64,000 nt of DNA from the human T2T-CHM13v2.0 reference genome, Homo sapiens. The notes under the pieces were generated by a model, which was given only the letters and a program-made list of their open reading frames with translations, searched no databases and was not told the DNA's origin. Location: NCBI RefSeq assembly GCF_009914755.1, contig NC_060926.1. One strand, 5' to 3'. This document shows positions 45,083 to 61,580 of this stretch, one piece after another (within the stretch, counting starts at the first letter, position 1; each line of letters opens with the position of its first letter). A program made the position numbers and the translations under genes.

Positions 45083-46294
45083 TGCTGATTTTGATGGGAT
45101 TTCATTGAATTGTAAGATCACTTTAGAGTATGAACTTTTTAACAAGCTATTAATTCTTCTAATCCATTAATACAAGATCTCTTTCTTCCCTCTTAAAACT
45201 ACTTTGGCTGTATCCCATAAGTTTGGGTATGTTATGTTTCCATTTTTATTTGTTTTAAGATTTAAAAATAATTTCCTTTAATTTCTTATTTTAACACAAT
45301 AATAGTTCTGAAGCATATGGTTTATTTTCCATATATTTATTACTATTTCTTTATTTCTCTTGTTACTGATTTCTAGTTTCATATAATCATGGGCAGAGAG
45401 ACACATGATATAATTTCAATTTTCTTTAATTTTGTAACACTTTTATTTGTGACCTAATATATGAGTTATCCTGGAGATAGTTCTGTGTGCAGTTGAGAAT
45501 AATGCACATCCTGCTGCTGTTGGATTGTATGTTCTGTATATGCCTGTCAAATCTATTTGGTCTACAGTGTAGTTCAAATCCAGTGTATTCTTATTCATTT
45601 TATTTGAATGATCTGTCTCCTGTTGAATGAATTCTACTATTTCTGTGTTGTAGTCTATGTCTTTCTTCAGATCTATTAATGTTTTCTTTAGATATTTAGG
45701 TGCTTTAATGTTGGGGCTATACATATTTCCAGTTGTTATATTCTTTCAATAAATTGACCCCTTTATCACAATATGATGACCTCATTTATCTCTTTTTACA
45801 GTTTTTGCCCTAAAGTCTATTTTGTGTGAGCTACTCCTACTTTCTTTGGTTTCCATTAGCATGGAATATATTTTTATCCCTTTACTTTTCAGTATAAAGG
45901 TCCTTTCATGTGAGGTAAGTCTCTTGTAGGCAGCATATTGTTGGATCTTTTTCTCCTTTAATTCATTCAGCCTGTCTATGCCTTTTGATTGAATAATTAA
46001 ATTTATTTGCATTCAAAGTAATTGTTGATAAGTTAGGACTTACTAGTATCCTTTTGTTAATTCTTTGCAGGTTGTTTTACTTATCTGTTTTTTCTTACTC
46101 ACTTGCTTTGCTCCTTTGTGGTTTGAAGACATTCTCTGGTAAAATGCTTTCAATATTTTATTTTTGTCTTTTGTGTATGAATTATAAGCTTTTGCTTTGT
46201 GATTATTCTGAGGCTTACATATAATATCTTATACTTATAAAAGGCTATTTTAAGTTAATGACAACTCAATTTTGATACATACACAAACTTTACA
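45083..46294 (-). mobile_element. L1M ORF2 endonuclease region and inter-ORF
   Basis: ORF 45443-45724(-) YSPNIKAPKYLKK...IDLTGIYRT...HILGHK is the L1 EN domain. Confidence 0.85.
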
Positions 46295-48569
<2,275 letters not shown>

Positions 48570-48783
48570 AGCCTGAGCCACATAATGAGACCCTGTCTCT
48601 ATATATTTTTCTTTGATTAGCCAAAGTACAGTGGTACACATCTGTAGCCCCAGCTACTCAGGATTCTGAGGTGGGAGAATTGCTTGAGCCCAGGAGGTCA
48701 AGGCTGCAGTGAGCTGTGATTGCACCACTACACTCCAGCCTGGGTGACAAAGTGAGGCCATATGTCTAAAAGAAAAAAAAAAA
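48570..48783 (+). mobile_element. AluJ lacking its 5' ~80 nt
   Basis: 'ttgcttgagcccaggaggtcaaggctgcagtgagctgtgattgcacc' plus an A-tail. Confidence 0.9.
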
Positions 48784-49534
48784 TTACAAATTTTGCATTA
48801 TTGGCTTGTCAGCAGGAGAAGAGAGAAAGAATCATAGAGCATATTCAAATGAATAATGGCAGATATATTCCCAAGTTTGGGGAAGAAAATAGAAATCCAG
48901 ATACAGGAAGCCTGAAAGACACCAAATAAGATGAATTTGCAGAGACACAGATCAAGACACATAATCAAATTGTCAAGAGCTAGACAAAGAATGAGTATTG
49001 AAAGTGCAATAAGGGAAGTTGAGGGTGCAGCAAGGGAAAAGCAAATAGTCACATACAAGGGAATCTGCAAAACTATTAGCATATTTCTCAGCAGGAATCT
49101 TGAAGGTCAGAAGGAAGTGAGATAATATATTCAAAACCCTGATAAACAAGCTGATTGAAAATACTATACACAGCAATCTTATATTTATAAAATAAGGTGC
49201 TATAAAAAATGTATCAGGAAAATAAAAACTGTATGAGTTTATCATCACTAGAACTATCTTGAAAGAAATAATAATGGGAATACTTCAAGCTGAAATAAAG
49301 ACATTAATTAGTAACAGGGAAACATGAAAGTGTAAAACTCACTGGAAAAAGTAAGTACGTTATAAGATTTAAAACACTCTAATGGTACCAATTTTATCTT
49401 TAGTATTAAAGTTAATAGACAAAACTATTACAAACAGCTAAAACTATAACATTTGTTAAGCAATTAAATTATAAAAAGATATTAAGGTGTGGTATCAAAA
49501 ATTAAACATGTAAGGAGGGGGAATAAAAGTGTAG
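48784..49534 (+). mobile_element. L1M ORF1 3' half and inter-ORF (inverted partner of 45083-46294)
   Basis: ORF 48931 RHIIKLSR...AAREKQIVTYKG is ORF1p-like. Ends 'ggggaataaaagtgtag'. Confidence 0.85.
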
Positions 49535-49600
49535 TGTCTCAGTTCATTTTCTGCTGCTATCACAGAGTATCTAAGATTAGGTAATATATAAATATAAAAC
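49535..49600 (-). mobile_element. MST LTR 3' terminus, inverted
   Basis: Minus strand reads 'ttacctaatcttagatactctgtgatagcagcagaaaatgaactgagaca', similar to the 5' LTR end at 46631-46681. Confidence 0.8.
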
Positions 49601-49611
49601 ATTATTTCCCA

Positions 49612-49857
49612 AAGAGTGCAGTGGCACATTCATATTTTACTGCAGTCTCTAACTCTGGGTCTCAAGTGATCCTCCTGCCTCAGTCTCCTGAGTACCTAGG
49701 ACTATGGGTATGCACCACCATGCCTAGCTAAATTTTTTTGATAGATGGTGTCTCTCTAAGTTGCCCAGGGTGGTTGCAAACTCCTGACCTCAAGCAATGC
49801 TCCCAACCCAGCCTCCCAAAGTGCTGGGATTATAGGCAGGAGCCACTATGACCACCT
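49612..49857 (-). mobile_element. AluJ lacking its 3' end and tail
   Basis: 'gagtgcagtggcac...ctcaagtgatcctcctgcctcag...cctcccaaagtgctgggattataggc'. Confidence 0.88.
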
Positions 49858-49869
49858 TGTTTTTGCTTT

Positions 49870-50155
49870 CTAAAATAAAATGATATTTATTTAGGAATAG
49901 GACATTGTGATAGCAATATGTGTGCCATAGTAAAAGATGTATTAAGGAAGGTAAAGGAAGACAAGGGTTTTTAAAGAGAAATGAAGATGATTGCAATTGT
50001 TTTGAGAAAATTATCTTCGGCTACAAAGATCAATAATAAGGGTGATGTCAGTCCAACTTAGGATAGGCAGTTGCTAGGCAGATGTTCTTGCAGAAGTATT
50101 TTTTTTGTGTAAAGATGAGCTTTTTGCAAGGTTATGCTTTTATTGTGATAGTTTG
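49870..50155. mobile_element. Probable ERV LTR fragment, family uncertain
   Basis: 'gatatttatttaggaatagg...ggcagttgctaggcagatgttcttgcagaagtatt' resembles a recalled LTR consensus that I cannot name reliably. Confidence 0.45.
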
Positions 50156-51647
50156 TGTGTTTGCAATTTTTTAAACTAAACAATAATTTGTTTTATGTGT
50201 ACATAATGTGTAGTGATCAGATCAGGGTGTGTAGGGTGTCCATCATCCAACTACATACATATCTGTTAAATATAGTCTCCTTACCCTCCTACCGAATATT
50301 GGATTTTATTTTTTTACCTTTCTGTATATTTGTACCCATTAAGGAAGGTCTCTTCATCCCCCATGCACTCATCCTTTCCATTTTCTGTCATCTATCTTTC
50401 CACTCTCTACCTCCAAGTGATCAACTTTTCTAGCTTCCACATATAATTGAGAACATGTGACATTTGTCTCTTTGTAGCTGATTTATTCACTTAGATATTG
50501 ACCTCCAGTTTCATCCATGTTACTGCAAAAGATGAAATTTCATTATTTTCTATGATGATAGTATTCCATTATGTATACCATATTCCCTCATCCATTCATC
50601 TGTTGATGAACACCTAGGTCAATTCCATATTTTTGCTATTGTGAATATTGTTGCGATAAACATGCAAGTGTAGATCTCCCTTTGATATATTGATTCATTT
50701 TCCTGTGGGTAGATACACAGTAGTAGTATTGTTGGTTTGAAGGGAAACTCCATTTTTGTTTTTTGGAAAAATCCCCATATTGTTTGTTATAGTGCCTATA
50801 ATAGTTTACATTCCCACTAAGAATGTATAAGAATTCATTTTTCCTGGCATTCTCACCAACATCTGTTATTTTTTGTCTTTTTAATAAGAGCCATTCTGAC
50901 GAATGTGAGGTGATATCTCATTGTGCTTTTGATTTGCATTTTATTGATGATGTGCATTTTTTCATAGTTTGTCCAATACTTGTACATCCTCTTTTGAAAA
51001 ATGTATGTTCATGTCTTTGCTCACTTTTTAATACAGTTATTTGGTTCTTTTGACCATTGACTTGTTGAATTTCTTACATATTCTACACAGGAATCCTCTG
51101 TCACATAAACATTTTGTTAATACTTTCCCCAATTCAACAAGTTGTCTCTTCACTCTGCTGATTGTTTCATTTGCTGTGCAGAAGCTTTTTAGCTTAATAT
51201 AGTCCCATTTGTCTATTTTCATTTTGGTTGCCTGTGCTTTTGAGATCTTAGTCATAAATCCTTTATCTAGCCCAATGTCCAGTAGAGTTTTCCCTAGATT
51301 TTTTTTCTAGGATATTTAGAATTTTAGATCTGATGTTTCAGTTGTTAATCCAGTTTTAGTTGATATTTTTCTTATGTTGAGAGATAGAAGTCAAATCTTA
51401 TTATTTTGCATATAGCTATCCATTTTTTCCAGCACCATTTATTGAACAGGATGTACTCTCCCCAATGTAAGTTCTTGTTCACTTTATGAAGGATCAGTTG
51501 GCTGTAAATAGATGACTTTATTTCTGTGATAACTGTCCCATTTCATTGGTCAAATTGCCTGTTTTTATGCCAATACTATGCTGTTTTTGTTGCTGTAGCC
51601 TTGTGATATTCTTTCAAGTCAGCTAATGTAATGCTTCCAGCTTTGTT

Positions 51648-53999
<2,352 letters not shown>

Positions 54000-56780
54000 A
54001 TTTTAGAATTTTTTTCTCTAATTTTATGATGAGTAATATTGGTATTTTAATCTGGATTGCATTTAATTGGTAGATTGCTTTGGGCAGTATGACCATTTTA
54101 AGGATATTAATTCCCCCGATCCATAGCATGAAATGTTTTATTATATCATTTATTATATATTAAATATATCGTGTTTTTGTGTCTTCAATTCATTTCATCA
54201 GTATTTTGTTGTTTCTCTTGTAGAAATTTTTCACCTCCTTGATTAAGTTTATTCATAGTTTTGGGTTGTTGGTGTTGTTGCTGTTGCTATTGTAAATGAG
54301 ATCACCTTCTTGATTTTTTTCCCACTAGATCATTATAGATATAAAGAAATGCTACTGATTTTTGTACACTGATTTTATATCTTGAAACTTTACTGAATTC
54401 ATTTACCAAATCTAAGTATTTATTGGCAGAGTCTCTAGGTATTTTTAGATATAAGATCCTATTATCAGCAAAGAAGGATAATTTAACTTCATCATCTTTT
54501 TCAATTTGGATGCCTTTTATTTCTTTCTCTTTCTTGATTTGCTTGGCTAGGACTTCCAGTACTGTTGAATGGGAGCGCTGAAAGTGAGCATCCCTGTGTT
54601 GTTCCAGGTCTTAGAGAAAAGGCTTTTAAGTTTTCCCCAATCAGTATGATGTTCACTGTGGGTTTGTTGGATATGGCCTTTATTGTTTTGAGGTATGTTA
54701 TTTCTACTTCCAGTCTGTTGAGAGCTATTATTATGAAGGGATGTTAAATTTATCAAATACTCTTCCCTCGTTTGTTGTGATGATCATATGGTTTTTGTCT
54801 TTCATTCCATTGATGTGATGATTTATATATATTGAACCCACTTTACGTCCTGGGTACAAATCCTACTTGATCATGGTGCATTATCTTTTGATGTGCTGTT
54901 ACATCTGATTTGCTAGTATTTGTTGAGAATTTTTATATCTGTGTTCATCAGGAATATGGGCCTGTGGTTTTCTTTTTTTGCTCTGCTCTTGTCTTGTTTT
55001 GATATGAGGATAATGCTGGTCTCTCAAATGAGATAGAATTTCCTCTTCTTAAATTTTTTTGAAATAGTTTGAGGAGGATTGGTATTAATTCTTTATAATT
55101 TTAGTACAAATTAGCAGTAAATATATCCAGTCTTGGGCTTTTCTTTGTTGGGTTACTTTTTATTACTAATTCTGTCTTACTACTCATTGTTGGTCTGTTC
55201 AGGATTTCTATTTCTTTCCTGAATCAATCTTGGTGGGTTGTATTGTTTCTGGTAATTTATCTATTTTCTCTAGGTTTTTCAATTTGTCAATGTACAGTTG
55301 TTCATAATACTCTCTGATGATCATTCATATTTCTTTGGTAGTAGTTGTAATATCTTCTTTTTCATTTCTGATTTTTATTTATTTTGCTGTTCTCTCTTTC
55401 TTGGTTCCTCTAGCCAATAGTTTATCAATTATGTTTATCTTTTAAAAGAACCTAGAGTTTGTTTGTTAGTTCTTTTCATTACTTTATTAGTCTGGATTTA
55501 ATTTAGTTATGCTCTAATTTTTATTATTTTTTTTCTTCTGCTTATTTGGGGTTTGATTTTTTTTCTTGCCCTTCTAGTTTCTTGAGGTGCACTGTTAGGT
55601 TGTTAATTTGTATTTTTTCTACTTTTTAGTGGAGACATTTATTGCTACAAACTCTCCTCTTAGCACTGTTTTTGCTGTATTCCACAGGTTTTAGTATGTT
55701 GTATTTCGATTGTTATTTTCTTTTTTTTTTTTAGTTTTATCTTCATTTCATCATTGACTCAATAGTCAATCAGGTGTATGTTGTTTAACTTTGATGTGTT
55801 GTTATAGTTTATAAATTTCTTCTTGGTATTGGTATTGACTTATATCTTTTTTTTTCCTTTGTGATCTAAGAGGATACTTAATATAATTTCCATTTTTAAA
55901 TATTTATTGAGACTTGTTTTGTGGACTAACATATGGTCTATACTGGAGAATGTTCCATGGGCAGAAAAAAATAATATACATTTTGCAGTTGTTGGATACA
56001 TTGCTCTGTAAATGGCTGTTAGTTTCATTTGGCTTAAAATTTAGTTTAAATCCAATGTTTCTTGGTAAATTTTCTGCCTAGATGATTTGTCTAATTCCGA
56101 GAGTGGGAAATTAAAGTCTCCCACTATTATTGTATTGCAGTCCATTGCTCTCTTTACATCTATTAAGATTTGCTTTATGGATGTGATTTATTATTTATTT
56201 CTGCTTTATGAATAATTTGCTCTGTGAATATTTAGATTTGTTACACACTCTGGCTGATTAATCTTTTTATTATTATATAAAAACCTGCTTTGTCTTTTTT
56301 TACTGTTCTTGACTTAAAGTACATTTTATCTAATGTAAGTATAGCTACTCCTGCTCAATTTTGGTTTACATGTGTGTGGAATGTCTTTTTTCATTCCTTA
56401 ACTTTCAGTCTGTATGCATCTTTACTAGGAAGATGAATTTCTGGTAAACAGCATAGCTTTGGATCATGGTTTTTATTTTTTTTTATTCATTCAGCCAACC
56501 TATATTTTTTAAGTGGAAAATTTAGTCTGTTTACTTTCAAGGTTATTATTGACATATGAAGGTTTTTTTCATGTTGCATTGCTAACTGTGTTCTGGTTTT
56601 TTGATATGTATTCTTTGTATCTTTGTTTTTCTCCTTGTTAAATTTCTCATTCATATCCTGTACTGTTTTTCTGATTTTTTATATCATTTTTCATAATTCT
56701 CTTATATTTCACTGAACTTCTTTAAAATCAGTATTTTGTATTATTATGACATTTCAAAAATTTCTTTTCAATTAGGATCT

Positions 56781-58459
56781 AGACATAGTTTGGCTATTTA
56801 TTCTCTAAGCAGCAAAGCATTCAAGAAGTAACCTGGTTGCTTTTAACATCTTATGCTGAAATGCAAGAGCAAAAGAATGACTTAAAATTGGAACTTATAT
56901 TTAAAAGGGAAGCAGAGTATAAAAATTAGAAAAATTTGCAGCCTGGTCATGGGTAGAGAAAGAAAAAGCTTTCTCAGTAGAGGAATTCAAGAAGGCTGTG
57001 AAGAAACCACTTGCTAGACATATTTGTGTAACTAAAAGGGAGTCAACTGGTAATATTCAAGACAGTGGGAAAAGGGCCTGAAATGCATTTTGGAGACCTT
57101 CACAGCAACCCTTGCCATTACAGTCCAAGAGGTCTAGAAGGAAAGAATGGCTTTGGGGGCCAAGCCCAGGGCCCCACTGCCCTGCACAGCCTCAGGATAC
57201 TACTCCTTGCATCCTAGCCACTGCAGTTCCAGCCTCTGTTCAGAGGGTTCCAGATAAAGCTTGGGCTACTGCTTCAGAAGTTTCGAGCTATAAGCCTTGG
57301 TGGCTTCCACATGGTGTTAAGCCTGCAGACACACAGAATGCAAAAGTGAAGGAGTCTGAGGAACGTTTCCCTAGATTTCAGAGGATGTATGGAAAAGCCA
57401 GGTGTCCAGGCAGATCCCTGCTGCAGGGGTGGAGCCCTCTCAGAGAACTTCTACTAGGGCAGTGTGGAGTGGAAATGTAGGGCTGGGGGCCTCACGCAGA
57501 GTCCCCCCCACTGGGGCACTGCCTAGTGGAGCTGTGAGAAGGGGGCCAGTGTCTTCCAGACTCAAGAATGCTATATCCTAGCAGCTTGCACACTGCATCT
57601 GGAAAAGTCAAAAGCATTCAACTCCAGCCCCTCAGAGAAGCCTCAGGGGCTAAACCCTGAAAAGCCACAGGAGTTTGCACCAGTGTGCCTGGGATGTGGG
57701 ACATGGTGTAAAAGGATATTATTTTGGAGTTTTACAATTTAATAACTACCCTACTGGTTTCACAACTGCATGGGGCCCATAGTCCCTTTCTTTTGGCCAA
57801 TTTCTCCCTCTTGAAATAGAAATATTCACCCAGTGTCTGTACCCCCATTACATCTTAGAAGTAACCAGTTTATTTGTGATTTTACAGACTCATAGGCATA
57901 AATAAATTTCCTTGTCTCTCTCAGGTAAAACCTTGGACTTTTGAGTTAATGCTGAATTGAGTTAAGACTTATAGGGGAATGTTGGGAAGGCAAGATTGTA
58001 TTTTGCAATGTGAAAAGGACATAAGATTAGGGAGGGGTCAAGAGTAGAATGACATGGTTTGAATATTTATCCTACCCAAATCTTATGTTGAATTGTAATT
58101 CCCAACACTAGAGGTGGGGCTTGGTGAAAGATGTTTGGATCTTGGGGGTGGATCCCTCATGGTTTGGTGCTTTCTTTGTGATAGTGGATTCTCACAATAT
58201 CTGGTCATTTTAAAGCATGTAGCACCTCCCCTTTCCTATTCTCCCTCTCTTACTCCTGCTTTTTCTATGTGATGCCCCCTTCCGCCTTTCCCTTCTTCTG
58301 TGATTGTACACTTCCTGATGCCTCCCTAGAAGCCAACCAGATGCCAGCACCATGCTTCCTGTAAAGCCTGCAGAACTACAAATCAATTACATCTTTTTTC
58401 TTTGTAAATTACCGCATCTCAGGTATTTCCTTATAGTGATGCAAGAATGACTTAATACA
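56781..58459 (+). mobile_element. MSTA-like MaLR provirus with deleted 5' LTR; intact 3' LTR 58050-58459
   Basis: LTR-start remnant 'agacatagtttggct' is fused to internal 'tctaagcagcaaagcattcaag'. Purine tract, then 'tgacatggtttgaat...ttaataca'. TSD gatct/catct. Confidence 0.9.
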
Positions 58460-60559
58460 CATCTGTTGTTGAAAGATTATTGTGTTCCTTTGGAAGTACA
58501 CTATTTTCTTGCTTGTTAATGCTCTCTGTGTCTTTATGTTGACATCTGTGCATATGGTGTAAGAGTTGCTTCTTCTTATTTTTCAATTTATTTTAATCAG
58601 GGAGGACTTTTTCTTCCTGAAGGAAATGTATCCATGAAGATGTATCCATGGAAGTTTTTGGGTAGGGTACTTTGGCTTTGATTCTCTGCGTATGCAGTAC
58701 TATGGTCTCTGTATTATTTCTTTGGCTGTAAACAGTGTAAGTGGTATAAGTGATTTCCTTGGTAGGTTACAGGGCAGTTATTAGTGGAGGTTGTGGTAAG
58801 GTTGTGCTGGGGACTGGGAAGCCAGGTGGCTCAGTTTTCAGGCCCCAGTAGTGGCAGCAAAGGGCTAATTGTGCCTACCTTTGTGCCTCAAGGCAGTGTA
58901 CACTGGTACCTCTGTTGGGAGTTACCAGTGGGCCGATCTTTGGTCTTGCAGGGGAGTTACTTGGGTGCTGGTAGTGGCAACAGAGCACTAGGTGGATAAG
59001 CAGATTCTTGCATCCCTGGGTAGCTGGTGTGGCATGTGCAATTGCAATAGCAGTGGCAGAACAATTCTTAGGGGCCCAAGCATTTTGTGTTGTCGACAGT
59101 GGTTGCAATGGGCTAGTCAGGTCAGCCTCCAGGCCCACAGGTGGTGCTTGGCGATTGATGCCAGCTGAGGTGGTAGTGGCTAGGAGTTTATGCCTACCCT
59201 CAAGAGGAGTGCTCAGGTGCTGGAGCCCCCAGGAGGAGTGCTGAGGCACTGAAGGTGGTGGATTGGTTTGGACAATGAGGGGATGAAGCTGGGCTGGGCA
59301 GCTTGTGCTCAGTCATCCCAGTGGTGAGAGCAGGTATCTACCATGGTGGGTGGGGTCGGGGGGGACAATCCTCAGGCTGCAGGCAGAATGCTCAGGTGAG
59401 GAGCAGTAGAAGCTGTTCTGGAGCTCTGCCACAAAAGAGTTGGCGGCTATCTTCAGTAGCCAAAGCCTGGGCCAGTGGGTGGGAACTGTTCATTCCTCCC
59501 ATGCCCCAGTCCTGTCAGGGCTTCCCTCTAGCCCTTTAGTGGTGGCCAACACTTAACTTGTAACCACACCCTGGCTATAGGAGCTCCATCAGCTAGAGGC
59601 CAAGTCTCAGTGGCAACTTGCACTCTACTTGCATCCCAGTCTCCATCCCAGTGGCACTTATATCCTGGTACCAGCTATTGAAGCCCAGCCCTTCTTGCTT
59701 TTTTGCCCCAGCTGTGGGGGCACTCCCAGCTGACAGCATAAGTTTCCCTGAGACCTCAGACCTGATGCCACTGGGCCCCAAGACAGTGTGTATTCTGCCA
59801 GAAGCTAAGTTTAAAACTGGTGCCTTGCAGTAACTGCTTTGTTCTCAGAAATGTTGTGGGACTAAGTGCAAGCTCTTTCTCTGGAGCAATTTCATCCCAT
59901 GGTGTCTTAGCATCTCCCAAAGTTAATTTCAGAATTTAGGAGAGCCACAGGGTTTTCTTGTGGCCAGAGCTGCACAATTCCACAGTGGGGATGTCAGCCA
60001 CTTGAAGTCTTTCACTTATCTTTTCACCATATTGGAAAGTCACTCCTAGCTCCCAGCCCATCCCACCCAGGTATCTTTCCCTACTTTTGGTGTTTCCTGT
60101 CACTTTTCTGTTGTTCTCTCTTGGATAATGTATTTGAAATGTGACCGTCTATACACTATTTTGGTCCAAGTGGAGGAGGTTGGCATTAAATGCTTCTAGT
60201 CAGCCGCCTTGAAGCCCCTTTCCCTGCTTTTGTATATCATTTGATTTGTTTACTATTTTTACGTAAGTCCCTTATGTTATTATATTTTTTTCTTTTTGCT
60301 CTTCAAATTGGCTGCTTTTCAGGAATGTGCCTCTCAAATCTGTGTTTGTTCAGACTGCTGTCTCTGTTTTTGGTAGTCCCTTGGAGATTAGGATGTTCCA
60401 CGTCCTGTCAGTACCCTGCAATCAGTGAAGTAGAAGGTAGAACTCTCTAGATGTAGATGAAAAGATTAAAATGTTTAATATTTGTTCCAGTCCCTTCTAT
60501 TTTCATGTTGAAGCTAAGTTTGAGTGTTATTCTCCCATTTTCTCTAAACTAGGCTGGGG

Positions 60560-61580
60560 AGAGATTCTGTGCCAAATGCCTGTGCTAGGTTTCAGGCTGC
60601 ACCCTCTGGTCCTGGGGAGAGAGCTGCTGGAAAGGAACCCATTGTATGTCTACCTCTTTGTATCCTGTGGTTGAGAGAGAATCAGGAATGTAGTTGTGAT
60701 ACACAGCATATATACAAACTACTCCCAGAAAGAATGAGTAGACTTGGATTTATTGTTGGGGTGAGCTAGAGGAAAGACTTAGTATGTACCAAGTTTCTGC
60801 TCAGGCTGTATAAGAGCTACGGCTTTTCTGCCCTGTTAGATCCCCTGATGCAATTTAGAGTCCAATTTATCAAGAATCTACTAGGAGGTAATGCAGCAAA
60901 ACCCTTCTGGAGATAAAATGGAAGCTTCATATTCCAGCCCCCTTTCTGCACTGCTCTCAGGGAGTCTAGACCCTGGAGGTGTTTGCACACTTATTTAAAA
61001 TCACCTTTTTGTTCTGTAGTCTAGGAAGACTCACATATGCCTAGACCCTTCTGCTCCCAGAGCAAGACATTTTGGGATGCAGTCCCTTGGGTAAATGCTG
61101 TAACTGTTGGGGCACTTTATGCATGGTCAAATTCCTCCAGGAGGAATTGGTAGACATGAAGTTATTGTTGAAGTGAGCTGCGGCAAATGGCTCAGGAAGT
61201 GATGAGCTGCCAGTGGGCTGCTTTTGACTGTCCCTTGAAGTCCTTGATGCAAGTTAGTTAGAAGCCAGGCTGTCAAGTAGCTACTGGAAGAGTGCCATGG
61301 TAAACCCCTTCTGGAAAGAAACAGGGAGAGTCACTTTGTAAATATTTTATCTGCATTTCTTCCAGGGAAGGTAGCCACTAAAAGTAGTTGCACATCTGTT
61401 TAAAACTACCTCTTTGTTCTGTGATATATGGAGACTGAACATGGCTAGTCCCCTCCTCTTCCAGGGTTAGGAAGTTTAGGTTTAGGTTTAGGTTTAGGTT
61501 TAGGTTTAGGTTTAGGTTTAGGATGCAGTCCCTTGGGCTGAAGTTGTAAAGATTGTAGTAGTCAGTGTACGAACAAACTC
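60560..61580. repeat. Degenerate ~404-bp tandem units, probably ancient L1M 5'UTR monomers
   Basis: Repeated blocks 'aaaccc(c)ttctgga' (~60899, ~61302), 'ttgcaca...tttaaaa...tttgttctgt' and 'ggatgcagtcccttggg' (61075, 61521). Confidence 0.65.
61475..61522 (+). repeat. (TTTAGG)8 perfect hexamer array
   Basis: Eight exact copies. Confidence 0.97.

Noticed and set aside
57112-59833. Cluster of GC-rich 60-124 aa ORFs resembling a gene or CpG island
   Set aside because: They lie in MST-int and the L1MA 5'UTR, are CpG-depleted, and show no recognisable domain.
61475-61522. Interstitial telomeric sequence or chromosome-fusion scar
   Set aside because: The unit is TTTAGG, not TTAGGG. There is no head-to-head array, and the upstream paralogous unit shows a local seed.
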